DNA of 64,000 nucleotides from Gemmatimonadota bacterium. GTDB taxonomy: Bacteria; Gemmatimonadota; Gemmatimonadetes; Longimicrobiales; Gaopeijiaceae. Location: assembly GCA_034521595.1 (NCBI GenBank), contig JAXHMG010000003.1, positions 1,376,001-1,440,000 on the forward strand, read 5' to 3'. The notes beneath the pieces are model-generated. The model had not been told where the DNA came from and ran no database searches. It saw only the letters and a program-made list of their open reading frames with translations. The position numbers were made by a program, and so were the translations under genes. Of this stretch, positions 46,989-57,769 are shown piece after piece. Numbering within the stretch: the first letter of the stretch is position 1; each line of letters begins with the position of its first letter.

Positions 46989-48767
46989 TCAGTCGGGTAC
47001 CGACAAGCTCCACCGTCCGGCGAAGACCTTCAGATCGACCGAATCGCCGATTCCGTCGACCAGGCAATCGGTCACGTCCTTACTGGTCGGAGCGGCCACA
47101 GCCTTACGTGCCGCGGTGCGCGCATCCTCGATCCGGATGTCGCGGACGAACTTCTTGATCTCCGGCAACGACGGCCACGCGATCGACAGAGTGGTGATGT
47201 CGAGACCGAGCAGGAGGAACGCTCCGAGCGGATTCGACGCCATCTCGCCACAGACGCTCACCTCGATCCCGGCGGCCCGGCTCACGCGGGCCACCTGATG
47301 GAGGAGACGCACCACCGAAGGGTGGAACGGGTTGTAGAGGTTGCCGACCCGCGTGTTGGTGCGATCCACGGCCAGCGTATACTGGACCAGATCGTTCGTG
47401 CCGATCGAAAAGAAGTCGCAGTGCCGGGCGAGCTCCACGGCGTCGAGCGCGGCCGCCGGCGTCTCGATCATCACGCCGAGCTTGTACCCCGAGTTGTACG
47501 GGATGCCCCGGTCGTCGAGCGCTTCTTCCTCCTCCTCGAGCAGGGCCCGTACCCTACTGACCTCTTCGACGGAGTTCACCAGGGGAAGCATCATGCGCAC
47601 GTCGCCGTGCGCCGTGGCCCGAAGCAGCGCGCGCAGTTGGGTGCGGAAGAGCTCCGGTTCGTCCAAGCTGACGCGGATCGCCCTCCACCCGAGGAACGGA
47701 TTCTCCTCCGCCGGCATGCTGAGAAACATCGGAAACTTGTCGCCGCCGACGTCGAAGGTGCGGATGTAGACGGCTCCCTTCGGGAAGGCTTCCGCCACTG
47801 CACGATACGCCTCGTACTGCTCCTCTTCCCCCGGCATGGCCCGTCGCCCGACGACCAGAAACTCCGTGCGGAAAAGGCCCACACCGACCGCGCCGTGTGC
47901 CGCGGCCTGGGCGGCTTCCGACGGCAGGTCGAGATTCGCCCGGAGCTCCACGTACTGCCCATCCTTCGTCACCGCCTCGAGAGACGCGATGACGGCCATT
48001 TCCTCTTCCCAGTCGGAGAGCTTTCGCTGACGGTCGCGGAACCGCGCGTGCTCCTCCGGCGTGGGATCGAGCACGACGCGCCCGATCCGGCCGTCGAGCA
48101 CCGCCGGCTGGCCGTCGCAGGCGTCCCTGGAGATCGTGCCCAGCCCCACCACGGAAGGGATGCCGAGCGACCGTGCCAGAATCACCCAGTGGGCGGTTCG
48201 CGTGCCGTGATCCGTGGCGATGCCCCGCACGTGCTCCGGATCGAGGTGCACCGCGACGCTCGGGGTGAGGTTGGACGCGACGACGATCACGCCGTCGCCT
48301 TCGGTGGGGATGTCCGACGGATCGTGGTGGCCGAGCAGCCGTCGCAGGACCCGAATCATGAGGTCCTCGAGGTCGTTCATCCGGTCGAGCACCATCGGGT
48401 TTCGGGTCCGGCTCCACATCGCCTGGAGCTCGAGCATTCGCCACTCGAACGCTCGCTGGGCCGTCAGGCGGTTCTCCCGGATGTAGCGGATGGTCCCGTC
48501 GACGACCTCGACATCCTCCAGCATGAGGATCTGCGGCTCGAAGATGCGGGCTTCGATCGGGCCCAGCCGCTCTTCCGTGGCCCGCTGCATCTCCTTGAGC
48601 CGCTCCATGGCCCACGTGCGCGCCTCGTGAAACCGCTCGATCTCGGCGGCGACACCCTCCTCGGGCACGGTTGCGTGCGGGACGACCGGAACACCCCAAT
48701 CGAGGAGGAAGACCGTTCCTTCCGCGATTCCCTCCGAGCCCGGAGAGCCGTCGAGCGTCTTCGACAT
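46989..48767 (-). CDS. ptsI: PTS enzyme I (PEP-protein phosphotransferase)
   Basis: GTRTAHWVILARS (phospho-His), GVGLFRTEF, EENPFLGWRAIR, FSIGTNDL, CGEMA. Confidence 0.95.
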   Translation of the reverse strand: MSKTLDGSPGSEGIAEGTVFLLDWGVPVVPHATVPEEGVAAEIERFHEARTWAMERLKEMQRATEERLGPIEARIFEPQILMLEDVEVVDGTIRYIRENRLTAQRAFEWRMLELQAMWSRTRNPMVLDRMNDLEDLMIRVLRRLLGHHDPSDIPTEGDGVIVVASNLTPSVAVHLDPEHVRGIATDHGTRTAHWVILARSLGIPSVVGLGTISRDACDGQPAVLDGRIGRVVLDPTPEEHARFRDRQRKLSDWEEEMAVIASLEAVTKDGQYVELRANLDLPSEAAQAAAHGAVGVGLFRTEFLVVGRRAMPGEEEQYEAYRAVAEAFPKGAVYIRTFDVGGDKFPMFLSMPAEENPFLGWRAIRVSLDEPELFRTQLRALLRATAHGDVRMMLPLVNSVEEVSRVRALLEEEEEALDDRGIPYNSGYKLGVMIETPAAALDAVELARHCDFFSIGTNDLVQYTLAVDRTNTRVGNLYNPFHPSVVRLLHQVARVSRAAGIEVSVCGEMASNPLGAFLLLGLDITTLSIAWPSLPEIKKFVRDIRIEDARTAARKAVAAPTSKDVTDCLVDGIGDSVDLKVFAGRWSLSVPD

Positions 48768-48771
48768 GCGT

Positions 48772-49059
48772 CTACGCCTCGACCTCGTCGAAGCCGCTGT
48801 TCACGAGCTCCTTCAGCGCTCGCACGGCATCCTCGGCATCCTCGCCCTGGGCCGACACCTTGAGCCGGCTCCCCTGCCCGGCAGCCAACATGAGCACGCC
48901 CATGATGCTCTTCCCGTTCACGGACAAATCCTCCTTCATCAACGTAATCTCGGAGCGGAAGCGACCGGCGACCTTCACGAACTCCGCGGCGGGACGCGCG
49001 TGCATCCCGGCCCGGTTCACGATCTCGACCTCGCACTCGACGCGATCAGGCTCGCTCAT
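48772..49059 (-). CDS. ptsH: Phosphocarrier protein HPr
   Basis: GMHARPAA (His15) and NGKSIMG (Ser46). Confidence 0.93.
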   Translation of the reverse strand: MSEPDRVECEVEIVNRAGMHARPAAEFVKVAGRFRSEITLMKEDLSVNGKSIMGVLMLAAGQGSRLKVSAQGEDAEDAVRALKELVNSGFDEVEA

Positions 49060-49808
49060 CCCACGGTCCCCCATATTGCCAAGACGCCGATCACCACCAC
49101 GACCACGGTGGCCGCGGGCCGCCACACCTGGTGTCCCACCAGAAGACCCACGACGAATCCTAACGCCGCCAGGGCGGTCCAGAGTACGCCGGCGTCGCCC
49201 AGTCCCCCGCTCCCCCCGAGGAGCGCCCCACCGAGAACGCCCAACACCACCACCCCCCACGACCTCAGTCGCGCCGTCCATTCCGTCAGACGCATGCCGG
49301 CCAGTCGTACGGCCACGTTCCGGCCCGCGTCGAGCCCGATGTGGAATCCCCAGAGGCGGAGGCCCACGTGCCCCGTATTGTACATCACGACGAAGCAGAG
49401 TGCCGCCCAGGGGCCGGGCAGCCCCAGCCAGTAGAGGGCCACGGACGACATCGAGACCAGTGGAAGCCAGGTCGCCCACACCAACGCGTCGCCGAGGCTG
49501 CCGAGCGGGCCCCGGACGGCCGTCTTGAACCGGCGCACCGTCTCCGGCGTGTCTCCTTCGGCCTCGAGGCGAAGAGACGCGCCGAGCGCCACGCTGGCCA
49601 GGTACGGATGGGCGTTGAAGTGCTCGAGATGCCGCTCGACGGCTGCCTCCATCTCTTCCGGACGGTCCCGGAAGAGGCGACGCAACCCGGGGAGCATGGA
49701 GAACCCGAAGCCCGTGCCGATCATGGTCTGGTAGTTCCAGGATCCCTGGATCAGCAAAGACCGCAGGAAGGTGGCCACGAGGGCCCGAAGCCAGAGAAAC
49801 CCCTTCAC
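49056..49808 (-). CDS. PTS mannose/fructose/sorbose family IID component
   Basis: IQGSWNYQTM, HFNAHPY, GPLGSLGDAL; GTGA overlap with IIC. Confidence 0.88.
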   Translation of the reverse strand: MKGFLWLRALVATFLRSLLIQGSWNYQTMIGTGFGFSMLPGLRRLFRDRPEEMEAAVERHLEHFNAHPYLASVALGASLRLEAEGDTPETVRRFKTAVRGPLGSLGDALVWATWLPLVSMSSVALYWLGLPGPWAALCFVVMYNTGHVGLRLWGFHIGLDAGRNVAVRLAGMRLTEWTARLRSWGVVVLGVLGGALLGGSGGLGDAGVLWTALAALGFVVGLLVGHQVWRPAATVVVVVIGVLAIWGTVG

Positions 49809-50473
49809 AGGAACCTCGCTCCGACCAGGCCCAGCGCGATGCCGATCACGAAGCCGATGCGGTTCTTCCGGAAGCCGCCGAAGTCCCGGAGCAAGATCCC
49901 CAGCGAGACGGAAGCTCCCACCAGCACCAACCCGACCGAGCCGCGCATGTCGAGCGGCCAGGCCGGAGCGAACGCCGTCAACGCGGCGCGGCCGACCACC
50001 AGGCCCGTGCCCACGACCAATGCCGCTCGTGCGAAGTCGAGGGCGATGGCGCCCACCTGCAGCGCCGTCACGCGTGACGGTGACCGGCCACCGTGCCGAC
50101 CCTGCCGAGACACGATGTGGCCGTTCACCTGCCGGAGCCACGAAATGGAGAGGCCTCCGACGTGCCCCCAGGCGAGGCCCACGGCGATCGCGAGCGCGAG
50201 CGCACCGCCCCCCTCGGCGCCGAGCCCCGCGCTCGAGCCCACTGCCACCACCGTCGCGGTGGCGCCCTCCGGGAAGCGCGAGCCCCCCGTGGGAAACGAC
50301 ACCAGCAAGTACACCTCGAAAACCGCGCCGATCAGGCCGCCGAGCAGAGGGTCCCCGACCAAGGCCCCGGCAAGCACGCCGGCCACGAGCGGGCGTGAGA
50401 TCATGAACTGTCCGACGGACGTGCCGTCGAGACCCAACAGGCCCCCCAACGCGGTCAATCCGAGCATGCTCAT
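49805..50473 (-). CDS. PTS mannose/fructose/sorbose family IIC component
   Basis: GQFMISRPLVAG..GALVGD..G; multiple TM helices. Confidence 0.85.
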   Translation of the reverse strand: MSMLGLTALGGLLGLDGTSVGQFMISRPLVAGVLAGALVGDPLLGGLIGAVFEVYLLVSFPTGGSRFPEGATATVVAVGSSAGLGAEGGGALALAIAVGLAWGHVGGLSISWLRQVNGHIVSRQGRHGGRSPSRVTALQVGAIALDFARAALVVGTGLVVGRAALTAFAPAWPLDMRGSVGLVLVGASVSLGILLRDFGGFRKNRIGFVIGIALGLVGARFL

Positions 50474-50482
50474 GCTCCCCCC

Positions 50483-50965
50483 TTACTTGAATCCCAGCTC
50501 CGCCGCCAAGTCGACCTTGGGCGCGTCGGGCAGGTCGCGCGCTTGCACGCGCACCCCCTCATCGACCAGACGCCGCACGTCTTCGGCTTCGGACGGTGTG
50601 AGGTGGATGTAGGTGAGGACCTTCTTTCTCCCCGGTCCGTGGTGGAGGCCACCGACGTTGACGGTCCGCCCCTTCAGGGCCGCCCCTTCGGCGAGCCGCC
50701 GCATGGTGGCCACGTCGCGGGTCAGAATGACCGTGCGGGACGCGTCGTCGCCGTACTCCGCGAGCGCGGCCGCCGCCTCCGACGCGGTGAGGAAGACCAC
50801 GTCCGTGCCGCCCGCGCCCAGCCGGTACAGACCCTGCTCCCACTCGCTCTCGGCAAGCGTGTCATCCACCACCACGTACCGATCCGGACGCAGCTCGTGG
50901 CCCCATCCGATGACCACCTGCCCATGGATGAGACGCTCGTCGACCCGCAAGAGGACGATGGACAC
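50483..50965 (-). CDS. PTS mannose family IIB component
   Basis: RVDERLIHGQV (phospho-His), VNVGG. Confidence 0.9.
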   Translation of the reverse strand: MSIVLLRVDERLIHGQVVIGWGHELRPDRYVVVDDTLAESEWEQGLYRLGAGGTDVVFLTASEAAAALAEYGDDASRTVILTRDVATMRRLAEGAALKGRTVNVGGLHHGPGRKKVLTYIHLTPSEAEDVRRLVDEGVRVQARDLPDAPKVDLAAELGFK

Positions 50966-50968
50966 CGC

Positions 50969-51376
50969 TCACCCCGCGGGCGTGCGGTCGGCCGACACCG
51001 GCCGAATCGCGCTCCGGCCTCTATCGACGAGCCGCTGCTCGAGCTCCTCGAACGGAAGCCCTCGATTGAACACGAAATCGAGAAGCATGGGCAGGTTCAC
51101 CCCGGTCACCACGATGCGATCGGCGCATGCGCGGCACGACGCGAGCGCCGCCGTGCAGCAACTCCCGGCTTGCAAGTCCACGAACACGATCGCGGCACCC
51201 TCACCGGCAGCCTCCTCGATCCGGGCCTGAACGTCTTCGGGTGACAGGCCCTCATTGGAAAGGGGCACGAGCGCATCCGCCGCCGAGCCGGCGATATGCC
51301 GAACCGCGTCGACCAGTCCGACGGCCATGGTGCCGTGCGCGAGCACGACCCCGGTGCGCGCCACCGGGTCACTCAT
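50969..51376 (-). CDS. PTS mannose family IIA component
   Basis: VLAHG, VDL.AGS, TGVNLPML. Confidence 0.88.
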   Translation of the reverse strand: MSDPVARTGVVLAHGTMAVGLVDAVRHIAGSAADALVPLSNEGLSPEDVQARIEEAAGEGAAIVFVDLQAGSCCTAALASCRACADRIVVTGVNLPMLLDFVFNRGLPFEELEQRLVDRGRSAIRPVSADRTPAG

Positions 51377-52334
51377 AGTCCTGCTCCAGGTACTGCCGCA
51401 GCCGCTTGTCGAACGAGTCCGCGGAGTGGATGCCCGAATAGGTCAGCAGATGGTTCATGGCCACGACCTCCGAGATCACCGTGATGTTCTTTCCGGGGTT
51501 CAGAGGCACGGTCACCTTCGGAATCTCCACCCCGAGGATCTCGTGGGTTTCCACGTCCAGACCGGTACGCGTATAGCGGCCGTCTTGGTCCCACGTCTCG
51601 AGCTGGACGACGACTTCGATCCGCTTCTGCTGACGGATCGCGGTCACGCCGAAGAGCGCCGAGACGTCGATGATCCCCACCCCCCGGATCTCCATGTGGT
51701 GGCGTTGCAGCTCGTGGCCGCGCCCCATCAGGACGTCGTTGCCGGTCCGCCGCACGAGGATGAGATCGTCGGCGACGAGCCTGTGTCCCCGTTCCACGAG
51801 ATCCAGCACGCATTCGCTCTTCCCGATCCCGCTCTCGCCGATGAAGAGCAAACCCACCCCGTACACGTCCGCCATCGATCCGTGGAGCGCCGTGGTCGGC
51901 GCGAGAACCATCTCGAGGAACGGCTTGATGCGGTGGTAGAACTCGCGCGTCGTCGCCGAAGAGCGAAGAACCGGAATCTCGCGAGCGCTGGCACACTCGA
52001 GGAAATACGTGGGAATGTCCTGGCCCTTGGTCACGAAGACCGCGGGCATCCCGAACGAGAAGAACGCCTCGAGCCGCTCCCTCGCTTCCGTCCGGTCGAG
52101 GGTCGCCATGTAGGTCATCTCGGTCTCGCCGAACACCCAAAGCCGTCCCGACGGCACCCGTGCCATGTGGCCGGCCAGCGCGAGGCCGGGCGAGGTGATG
52201 TCCGCGTCGTCGGTGGTGCCGTCGAGGGGCACCCCGTCGTTCATGACCTCGAGTCCCAGCGTGTCGCGCTTGACGTCCAGGACTTCCCGAACGGAGATAC
52301 GCTTGGATTCGGCGCCTTCAGACTCCTCCATCAC
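51369..52334 (-). CDS. hprK: HPr(Ser) kinase/phosphorylase
   Basis: HGS..DVYGVG, GESGIGKSECVLDL, LVADD, MEIRGVGII. Confidence 0.95.
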   Translation of the reverse strand: MMEESEGAESKRISVREVLDVKRDTLGLEVMNDGVPLDGTTDDADITSPGLALAGHMARVPSGRLWVFGETEMTYMATLDRTEARERLEAFFSFGMPAVFVTKGQDIPTYFLECASAREIPVLRSSATTREFYHRIKPFLEMVLAPTTALHGSMADVYGVGLLFIGESGIGKSECVLDLVERGHRLVADDLILVRRTGNDVLMGRGHELQRHHMEIRGVGIIDVSALFGVTAIRQQKRIEVVVQLETWDQDGRYTRTGLDVETHEILGVEIPKVTVPLNPGKNITVISEVVAMNHLLTYSGIHSADSFDKRLRQYLEQDYE

Positions 52335-52340
52335 GTTCCG

Positions 52341-52667
52341 TCAGTCCCCGGTGACCCGGTCCTGAAGCGGCGGAGCCTGGTGCTCCCGCTCCTTCTTGCG
52401 CTGCTCACGCAGCATCCGGCCCACGCGACTGACCACCTGGTCCACGGCCGCCCTGAACTCGTCGGCCTCTCCGTGGCCGACCACAGGGGGCGCGCCGTCG
52501 GCATGCACGATCACCTCGACCTTGCGACTGACTCTCTCCTCCTCGAACACGACATCGGCCGAGGTGGCTCGAGGATGGAACTTGGAGAGCGAAGCCACCT
52601 GCTCGCGGGCCCGCTCGAGGACGTCGTCCGGCACGTCGCAGTGACGTGTGGCCATCTGGATTCTCAA
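52341..52667 (-). CDS. hpf: Ribosome hibernation promoting factor (short HPF/RaiA)
   Basis: IQMATRH start and AAVDQV..RV.RML; GAGGAG before TTG; position next to hprK. Confidence 0.8.
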   Translation of the reverse strand: MRIQMATRHCDVPDDVLERAREQVASLSKFHPRATSADVVFEEERVSRKVEVIVHADGAPPVVGHGEADEFRAAVDQVVSRVGRMLREQRKKEREHQAPPLQDRVTGD

Positions 52668-52691
52668 GGCATCTCCTCATCTCGAATGATG

Positions 52692-52700
52692 AAGCTACCA
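52692..52700 (-). promoter_or_regulatory. Candidate extended -10 (TG-G-TAGCTT) internal promoter for hpf-hprK-PTS
   Basis: TGGTAGCTT in an AT-richer intergenic gap about 25 nt upstream of the hpf start. Confidence 0.45.
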
Positions 52701-52713
52701 TACCCTTCGGAAG

Positions 52714-53838
52714 TTAGCCGGCCACGGTCGGAGCGACCACCCGCTCGAGCACCCGCTCCACGCCGTCCGCGGTCGCCTCCCAGGAAAAGCCGTTTGCGAA
52801 CGCCCGGGCCTCTTCCGACATGCGGGACCAGCGGTCGTCCTCTGTCGTGAGGCTGATCAACGCCGAGGTGAGCGCGTCCACGTCGCCATGGGGCACGAGA
52901 ACGCCGGTTCGCCCCGCAACCACCGACTCGCGGAGCCCGGGAGCGTCACTCGCGACGGTGGGCGTTCCGCACGCCGCCGCCTCGATGTTCGTGATCCCCC
53001 ATCCTTCCTTGGCGGACGTCAGCACGTGGACCCGAGACTTCCGGAGGATGTCGACCTTGCGCTCTTCCGACACGAATCCGAGAAACGTGACCCGCTCGGA
53101 TATTCCGAGCCGTTCGGCGAGGCGTTCGAGGACATTCCGCTCGTCTCCGGCGCCCGCCACCAGCAGCCGAGCCCGCAGGCCACGGTCGGCCATGGCCCGC
53201 ACGGCCCGGAGGACGAGGTCCAGGCGCTTGTAGCGGTTGAGGCGCCCGACGAAAACCAACGTGGGCTCTTCGAAGCGCTCCTCCGGGGAGGCCGGCTCGA
53301 ACCGCTCGAGGTCGATCCCGTTGTGCACGACCGTGATCCGGGATTCATCGAGTCCCCGACCCACCAGGTCGTCGCGAGTCCCGTCCGAGACGGCGATCAC
53401 CGGAACGTCGCGATAGGCCCGTGGCACCGCGGACTCCAGAAGGACGGTCGCCAGCGCCACCGGCGCGGACGCGGCCTCGAACGCCGTGGCGCCGAACAGA
53501 TGGTGGACGAGCAAAGCCGTCGGGACGCCCGCGCCCCACCAGGGCGTGAAGACAGGCACCTTGTTCAGGTCCTCGACGACCACGTCGAACGCCCGCTGAC
53601 GAAGCTCGCGACGGAAGTAGCGCGGAGCGGCCACGGAGAAACTCAGACGCGTTCCGGTCCGGTGCACGTCGAGGCCGTCCAGCTCGGTCCTGGTGGCACA
53701 CCCGGGCCATCCGGACACGAGAGCGGTCACCGCATGCCCCCGGGACGCGAGACGTCCGAACGTCTCGTGCAAGTGGATCTCCGCTCCACCCGCCCGCGGA
53801 TTCTCGCGGTCCAGCCAGTTCACGACGAGAATGCGCAA
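52714..53838 (-). CDS. Glycosyltransferase family 4
   Basis: AGGAE, NGID, FVGRL..YK, EGWGITNIEAAACG. Confidence 0.9.
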   Translation of the reverse strand: MRILVVNWLDRENPRAGGAEIHLHETFGRLASRGHAVTALVSGWPGCATRTELDGLDVHRTGTRLSFSVAAPRYFRRELRQRAFDVVVEDLNKVPVFTPWWGAGVPTALLVHHLFGATAFEAASAPVALATVLLESAVPRAYRDVPVIAVSDGTRDDLVGRGLDESRITVVHNGIDLERFEPASPEERFEEPTLVFVGRLNRYKRLDLVLRAVRAMADRGLRARLLVAGAGDERNVLERLAERLGISERVTFLGFVSEERKVDILRKSRVHVLTSAKEGWGITNIEAAACGTPTVASDAPGLRESVVAGRTGVLVPHGDVDALTSALISLTTEDDRWSRMSEEARAFANGFSWEATADGVERVLERVVAPTVAG

Positions 53839-53854
53839 CGGGCGCGTGCCCCCC

Positions 53855-54334
53855 TCACGCTTCGTCCGGCTTTCGATCTCCCTCGTCTCGCTCCGGAAGC
53901 TGCTTGTAGAGGGCGTCGAGGACGCCGTTGACGAACCGCGGCGACTCGTCCCCCCCGTACGCCTCCGCGAGGCGGATCGCCTCCTGGATGCTGACCTTGG
54001 GGGGAATCTCGTCGTCGTAGAGGAGCTCCGCGGCGCCGATCCGGAGAATCGCCCGGTCCATCGCGGCCAACCGGTCCAATCGCCAGTTCTGGAGCGCCCG
54101 CTGGAGCGCTTCGTCGATCTCCTGCCCGTGCTCGTCCAGCGTGGACATGAGGTTGCGCACCTGCGGCACCCGGCGGGGTGAGACGCGCCGGGTCGCCATC
54201 GTGTCCATCAGGGCGTCACGCAGCGTGCCCTCACGACCGCCGCTCTCCCAGCGGTAGTGCACCTGCAACGCCCACATGCGGGCACGGATCCGGTCCAAGC
54301 GCTGACTCCGGTCGAGCCCCACCACGCCGCTCAT
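53855..54334 (-). CDS. nusB: Transcription antitermination factor NusB
   Basis: NWRLDRLAAMDRAILR, EAIRLA..YG, FVNGVLD. Confidence 0.92.
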   Translation of the reverse strand: MSGVVGLDRSQRLDRIRARMWALQVHYRWESGGREGTLRDALMDTMATRRVSPRRVPQVRNLMSTLDEHGQEIDEALQRALQNWRLDRLAAMDRAILRIGAAELLYDDEIPPKVSIQEAIRLAEAYGGDESPRFVNGVLDALYKQLPERDEGDRKPDEA

Positions 54335-54822
54335 CGTGCGGCCATCCGCGTGAAGACACGGACCATCTCGACCGCGGTCGTGGCGGCTTCGAATCCCTTG
54401 TTGTCCGCCCCGTCGCCCGCGCGCGCCAACGCCTGATCGAGGTCGTCGGTCGTCAACACTCCGAACACCACCGGGACCTCCGACTGGACGGCCACCGACC
54501 CGAGGCCGTGGGACGCGTGACTGCACACGTAGTGGAAGTGTGGCGTCTCGCCGCGGATGACGCACCCGAGGGTGATGACGGCGTCGTGCCCGCCCGCCGC
54601 GACGACGCGGGCGGCCGCCTGGGGCAACTCCCACGCGCCCGGCACGGCGAAGACATCGACGAGGTCGGGATCGGCCCCGAACTCCTCGAGCGCCGCTCTG
54701 GCTCCGGCCAACAAGCGGTCCGTCACCTCGGCGTTGAAGCGAGACACGACGACGGCGATACGCAGGCCCGTCGCGTCGAGCGTGCCACGGTACGCGTCCA
54801 CCGCGGATCCTCCGGAGCTCAT
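54331..54822 (-). CDS. ribH: 6,7-dimethyl-8-ribityllumazine synthase
   Basis: [34 protein letters not shown]. Confidence 0.95.
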   Translation of the reverse strand: MSSGGSAVDAYRGTLDATGLRIAVVVSRFNAEVTDRLLAGARAALEEFGADPDLVDVFAVPGAWELPQAAARVVAAGGHDAVITLGCVIRGETPHFHYVCSHASHGLGSVAVQSEVPVVFGVLTTDDLDQALARAGDGADNKGFEAATTAVEMVRVFTRMAAR

Positions 54823-56030
54823 ATCAGGTGCCCGAGCTTGGAACGTTTGGTTTCGAGATACCGCTCGTTGTGCACCCCGGGCTCGACGCGGAGCGACTCC
54901 CGACCGGTGATCTCCAGGTCGTAGCCGTCCAGACCCACGATCTTGCGCGGATTGTTGGTGAGGAGCCGGAGGGAGTGAACGCCCAGGTCCAGGAGGATCT
55001 GCGCTCCGATTCCGTAGTCGCGAAGATCGGGCTTGAACCCCAGCCGCTCGTTCGCCTCGACCGTGTCGAGCCCGCCGTCCTGAAGGTGGTAGGCCTTGAG
55101 CTTGTTCCCGAGCCCGATGCCCCGTCCCTCCTGCCGCAAGTACACGACCGCTCCCTCCTCTTCCTGCGCGATGCGCTCGAGCGCCGCGTGGAGCTGTTCG
55201 CCGCAGTCGCAACGCAAGGAGCCGAACACGTCGCCCGTCATGCACTCGGAGTGCATGCGGACCATGACGTCCTCCTTGCCCTCCAGCTCTCCCTTCACCA
55301 GGGCGAGGTGCTCCCCTCCGTCGAGCTCGCTCCGGTACGCGATCACCCGGAAGTCTCCGTAACGGGTCGGAAGCTCCGCCTCGGCCACGCGAGTCACCAA
55401 CCGGGTCTTGGTGAGCCGGTAGGCGACGAGCTGCGCCACGGTGACGAATTTCAGCCCGTGCTCGGCGGCGAACTCGTGCAGCTCCGGGCGTCGGGCCATC
55501 GTCCCGTCGGTGTTGAGGATCTCGCAGATCACACCGGCGGGCGCGAACCCGGCGAGCTCGGCGAGATCCACCGAGGCTTCCGTTTGCCCGACCCTCCGCA
55601 ACACACCGCCCGACTTCGCCCGAAGCGGAAAGATGTGTCCCGGCCTCCGCAGATCCTCCGGCCGGCTCTCGGGATCCGTGAGAACCTCGATGGTCTTGGC
55701 CCGATCATGGGCGCTGATTCCGGTCGTGACGCCGAACTTCACGTGCGCGTCGACCGAGACGGTGAACGCCGTGCCCTGAGGGTCGGTGTTCCGATCCGTC
55801 ATGAGCGGCAGGTCGAGCTCGTCGGCGCGCTCGGACGTGAGCGCCACGCAGATGAGCCCGCGCGCGTGCTTGGCCATGAAGTTCACGTGGTCGGGGGTGA
55901 CCGCGGCTGCCGCCATCACGAGGTCCCCCTCGTTCTCACGATCTTCGTCGTCGGCCACGATCACCATGCCACCGCGGCGAAGCTCGTCGAGCGCTTCCTC
56001 GACGGTGTCGAATCTTTCTTCGGAGCTCAT
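54819..56030 (-). CDS. ribBA: Bifunctional DHBP synthase / GTP cyclohydrolase II
   Basis: [48 protein letters not shown]. Confidence 0.97.
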   Translation of the reverse strand: MSSEERFDTVEEALDELRRGGMVIVADDEDRENEGDLVMAAAAVTPDHVNFMAKHARGLICVALTSERADELDLPLMTDRNTDPQGTAFTVSVDAHVKFGVTTGISAHDRAKTIEVLTDPESRPEDLRRPGHIFPLRAKSGGVLRRVGQTEASVDLAELAGFAPAGVICEILNTDGTMARRPELHEFAAEHGLKFVTVAQLVAYRLTKTRLVTRVAEAELPTRYGDFRVIAYRSELDGGEHLALVKGELEGKEDVMVRMHSECMTGDVFGSLRCDCGEQLHAALERIAQEEEGAVVYLRQEGRGIGLGNKLKAYHLQDGGLDTVEANERLGFKPDLRDYGIGAQILLDLGVHSLRLLTNNPRKIVGLDGYDLEITGRESLRVEPGVHNERYLETKRSKLGHLI

Positions 56031-56638
56031 TCGGTCGGGCCCTCCCCTCGTGCGGCCAAAATCTTACCCACGTATTTTCCGATCAGGTCCCCCTCGACGT
56101 TCACCGGATCACCGGACTCGAGGGTGTGCAGGTTGGTGTGCTCGTAAGTGTACGGGATCAGCCCGACCGTGCAGGTGGACGCGCCGGGCATCTCGGCCAC
56201 GGTAAGGCTTACCCCGCTCAGCGCGATCGAGCCCCGTTCGACCGTGAGGACGGCGACGTCGTCGGGCAGCTCGAAGCGCATGCGCCAGAACGCGCCTTCT
56301 TTTACAACGTCCCTGAGGTAACCCAGGCCATCCACGTGACCCTGAACGAGATGGCCGTCGATGCGTCCAGTCATCTGCAGGGCCTGCTCGAGGTTCACAT
56401 GAACCCCTTCCCGGTACCCGGCCGCCACGGTCCGCTCCAGACTCGTTCCGATGACGTCGACGTCGAAGCTGTCCTCGCCCAGAGCCGAGACGGTGAAGCA
56501 GGCGCCGTCGACCGCGACCGAATCTCCCGGGGAGAGATCCGCGGCGAGATCCCCGCACGCGATCGTGAAGCGCCGGGTGCCGTCCCGGTCCTCCACCGCG
56601 CGAATCTCCCCGACGCGCTCGACGATACCGGTGAACAT
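56027..56638 (-). CDS. ribE: Riboflavin synthase (alpha chain)
   Basis: [28 protein letters not shown]. Confidence 0.95.
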   Translation of the reverse strand: MFTGIVERVGEIRAVEDRDGTRRFTIACGDLAADLSPGDSVAVDGACFTVSALGEDSFDVDVIGTSLERTVAAGYREGVHVNLEQALQMTGRIDGHLVQGHVDGLGYLRDVVKEGAFWRMRFELPDDVAVLTVERGSIALSGVSLTVAEMPGASTCTVGLIPYTYEHTNLHTLESGDPVNVEGDLIGKYVGKILAARGEGPTE

Positions 56639-57753
56639 CAGGGCTCTGTCCGGTCGAAGGTGAGCAAGGTGTCACGACCGAAGATCGCGGGATCGGGGCC
56701 CGGCTCGAAACCGCTCCAATCCAGCCGGTCCGCGTCGTCCGTGAACGCCGGCAGGCCACCGCCCCCCAGAGTGAGGGGCGCGACGAAGAGATAGAGACGC
56801 TGCACCCGCCCCTCCGCGAGCAGGCGACCGGCGAGCTTCCTCCCTCCCTCACACAGCACCGAGCGGACGCCGAGGTCCCAGAGCACCCCGGTCACCCGCC
56901 CGAGGTCGAGCCCGTGGGCATCTTCCTCGACCGGATGCACTTCGATGCCCCGGTCTTCGAGCCGCTCGATCCGACGCGCATCGACCCCTTCCCCGGTGAA
57001 CAGGTGGACCGGCGCCTCCGGGTCGTCGGAATCGAGCACCGCGGCGTCGTCCGGAACCGAAGCACCCGGGTCGAGAATCACCCGACGGGTCGGCCGCGCG
57101 CCCCTCGGAGCCAGTCGGACCGTGAGCCGGGGATCGTCGGCCCGGAGGGTGCCGGCGCCGACCATCACCGCGTCGAACCCCGACCGGAGCCGGTGCACCT
57201 CACGCTCCGCCTCCGGACCCGTGATCCGCGTGCGGGTGCCGGGCGCGGCGGCGATGCGGGCGTCGAGCGACATCGCGAGCTTCAACGCCACGAACGGGGT
57301 TTCGTGCCGTGCCGTGTGGAAGAACGCCGGGTTCTCCCTCCGCCCCTCCCGCTCCGACCACAGCGGCCCGACGACCTCCACCCCCGCCGCTCGGAGCGTG
57401 GCCGCCCCCCCACGGGAGACGTGGCCCGGGTCGGAAGCGCCATAGACGAGCCGGGCGATGCCGGCCCGGATCAGCGCCCGCGAGCACGGCGGCGTCTTCC
57501 CCTGGTGGTTGCAGGGCTCGAGCGTGACGTAGGCGGTGGCTCCCTCCGCCGCGCTCCCCGCGGCCTCGAGCGCCACGATCTCGGCGTGGGGCCCTCCGAA
57601 GCGGGCGTGGAAGCCTTCGCCCACGACCCGGCCGTCCCGCACCAGCACGCAGCCGACCAGGGGGTTCGGTTGTACCCGACCCCAACCCTCGTGGGCGAGG
57701 TGGCGGGCACGCTCCAGGTAATCGAGGTCTTCCGGTGAGGTGGTCGCGCTCAC
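56638..57753 (-). CDS. ribD: Riboflavin biosynthesis deaminase/reductase
   Basis: PNPLVG, HAE, TLEPCNHQGKTPPC, AMSLD, EGG. Confidence 0.95.
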   Translation of the reverse strand: MSATTSPEDLDYLERARHLAHEGWGRVQPNPLVGCVLVRDGRVVGEGFHARFGGPHAEIVALEAAGSAAEGATAYVTLEPCNHQGKTPPCSRALIRAGIARLVYGASDPGHVSRGGAATLRAAGVEVVGPLWSEREGRRENPAFFHTARHETPFVALKLAMSLDARIAAAPGTRTRITGPEAEREVHRLRSGFDAVMVGAGTLRADDPRLTVRLAPRGARPTRRVILDPGASVPDDAAVLDSDDPEAPVHLFTGEGVDARRIERLEDRGIEVHPVEEDAHGLDLGRVTGVLWDLGVRSVLCEGGRKLAGRLLAEGRVQRLYLFVAPLTLGGGGLPAFTDDADRLDWSGFEPGPDPAIFGRDTLLTFDRTEP

Positions 57754-57769
57754 GGCATCGAGGGCCGGC

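Noticed and set aside
46974-48863. Long antisense ORFs (also 2444-3754, 19941-21506, 41542-43650, 54828-56147, 59859-61688)
   Set aside because: Shadow frames opposite well-supported genes, expected from high-GC codon bias; no recognisable motifs.
57754-57769. FMN riboswitch upstream of ribD
   Set aside because: Only 16 bp separate ribD from the upstream gene.
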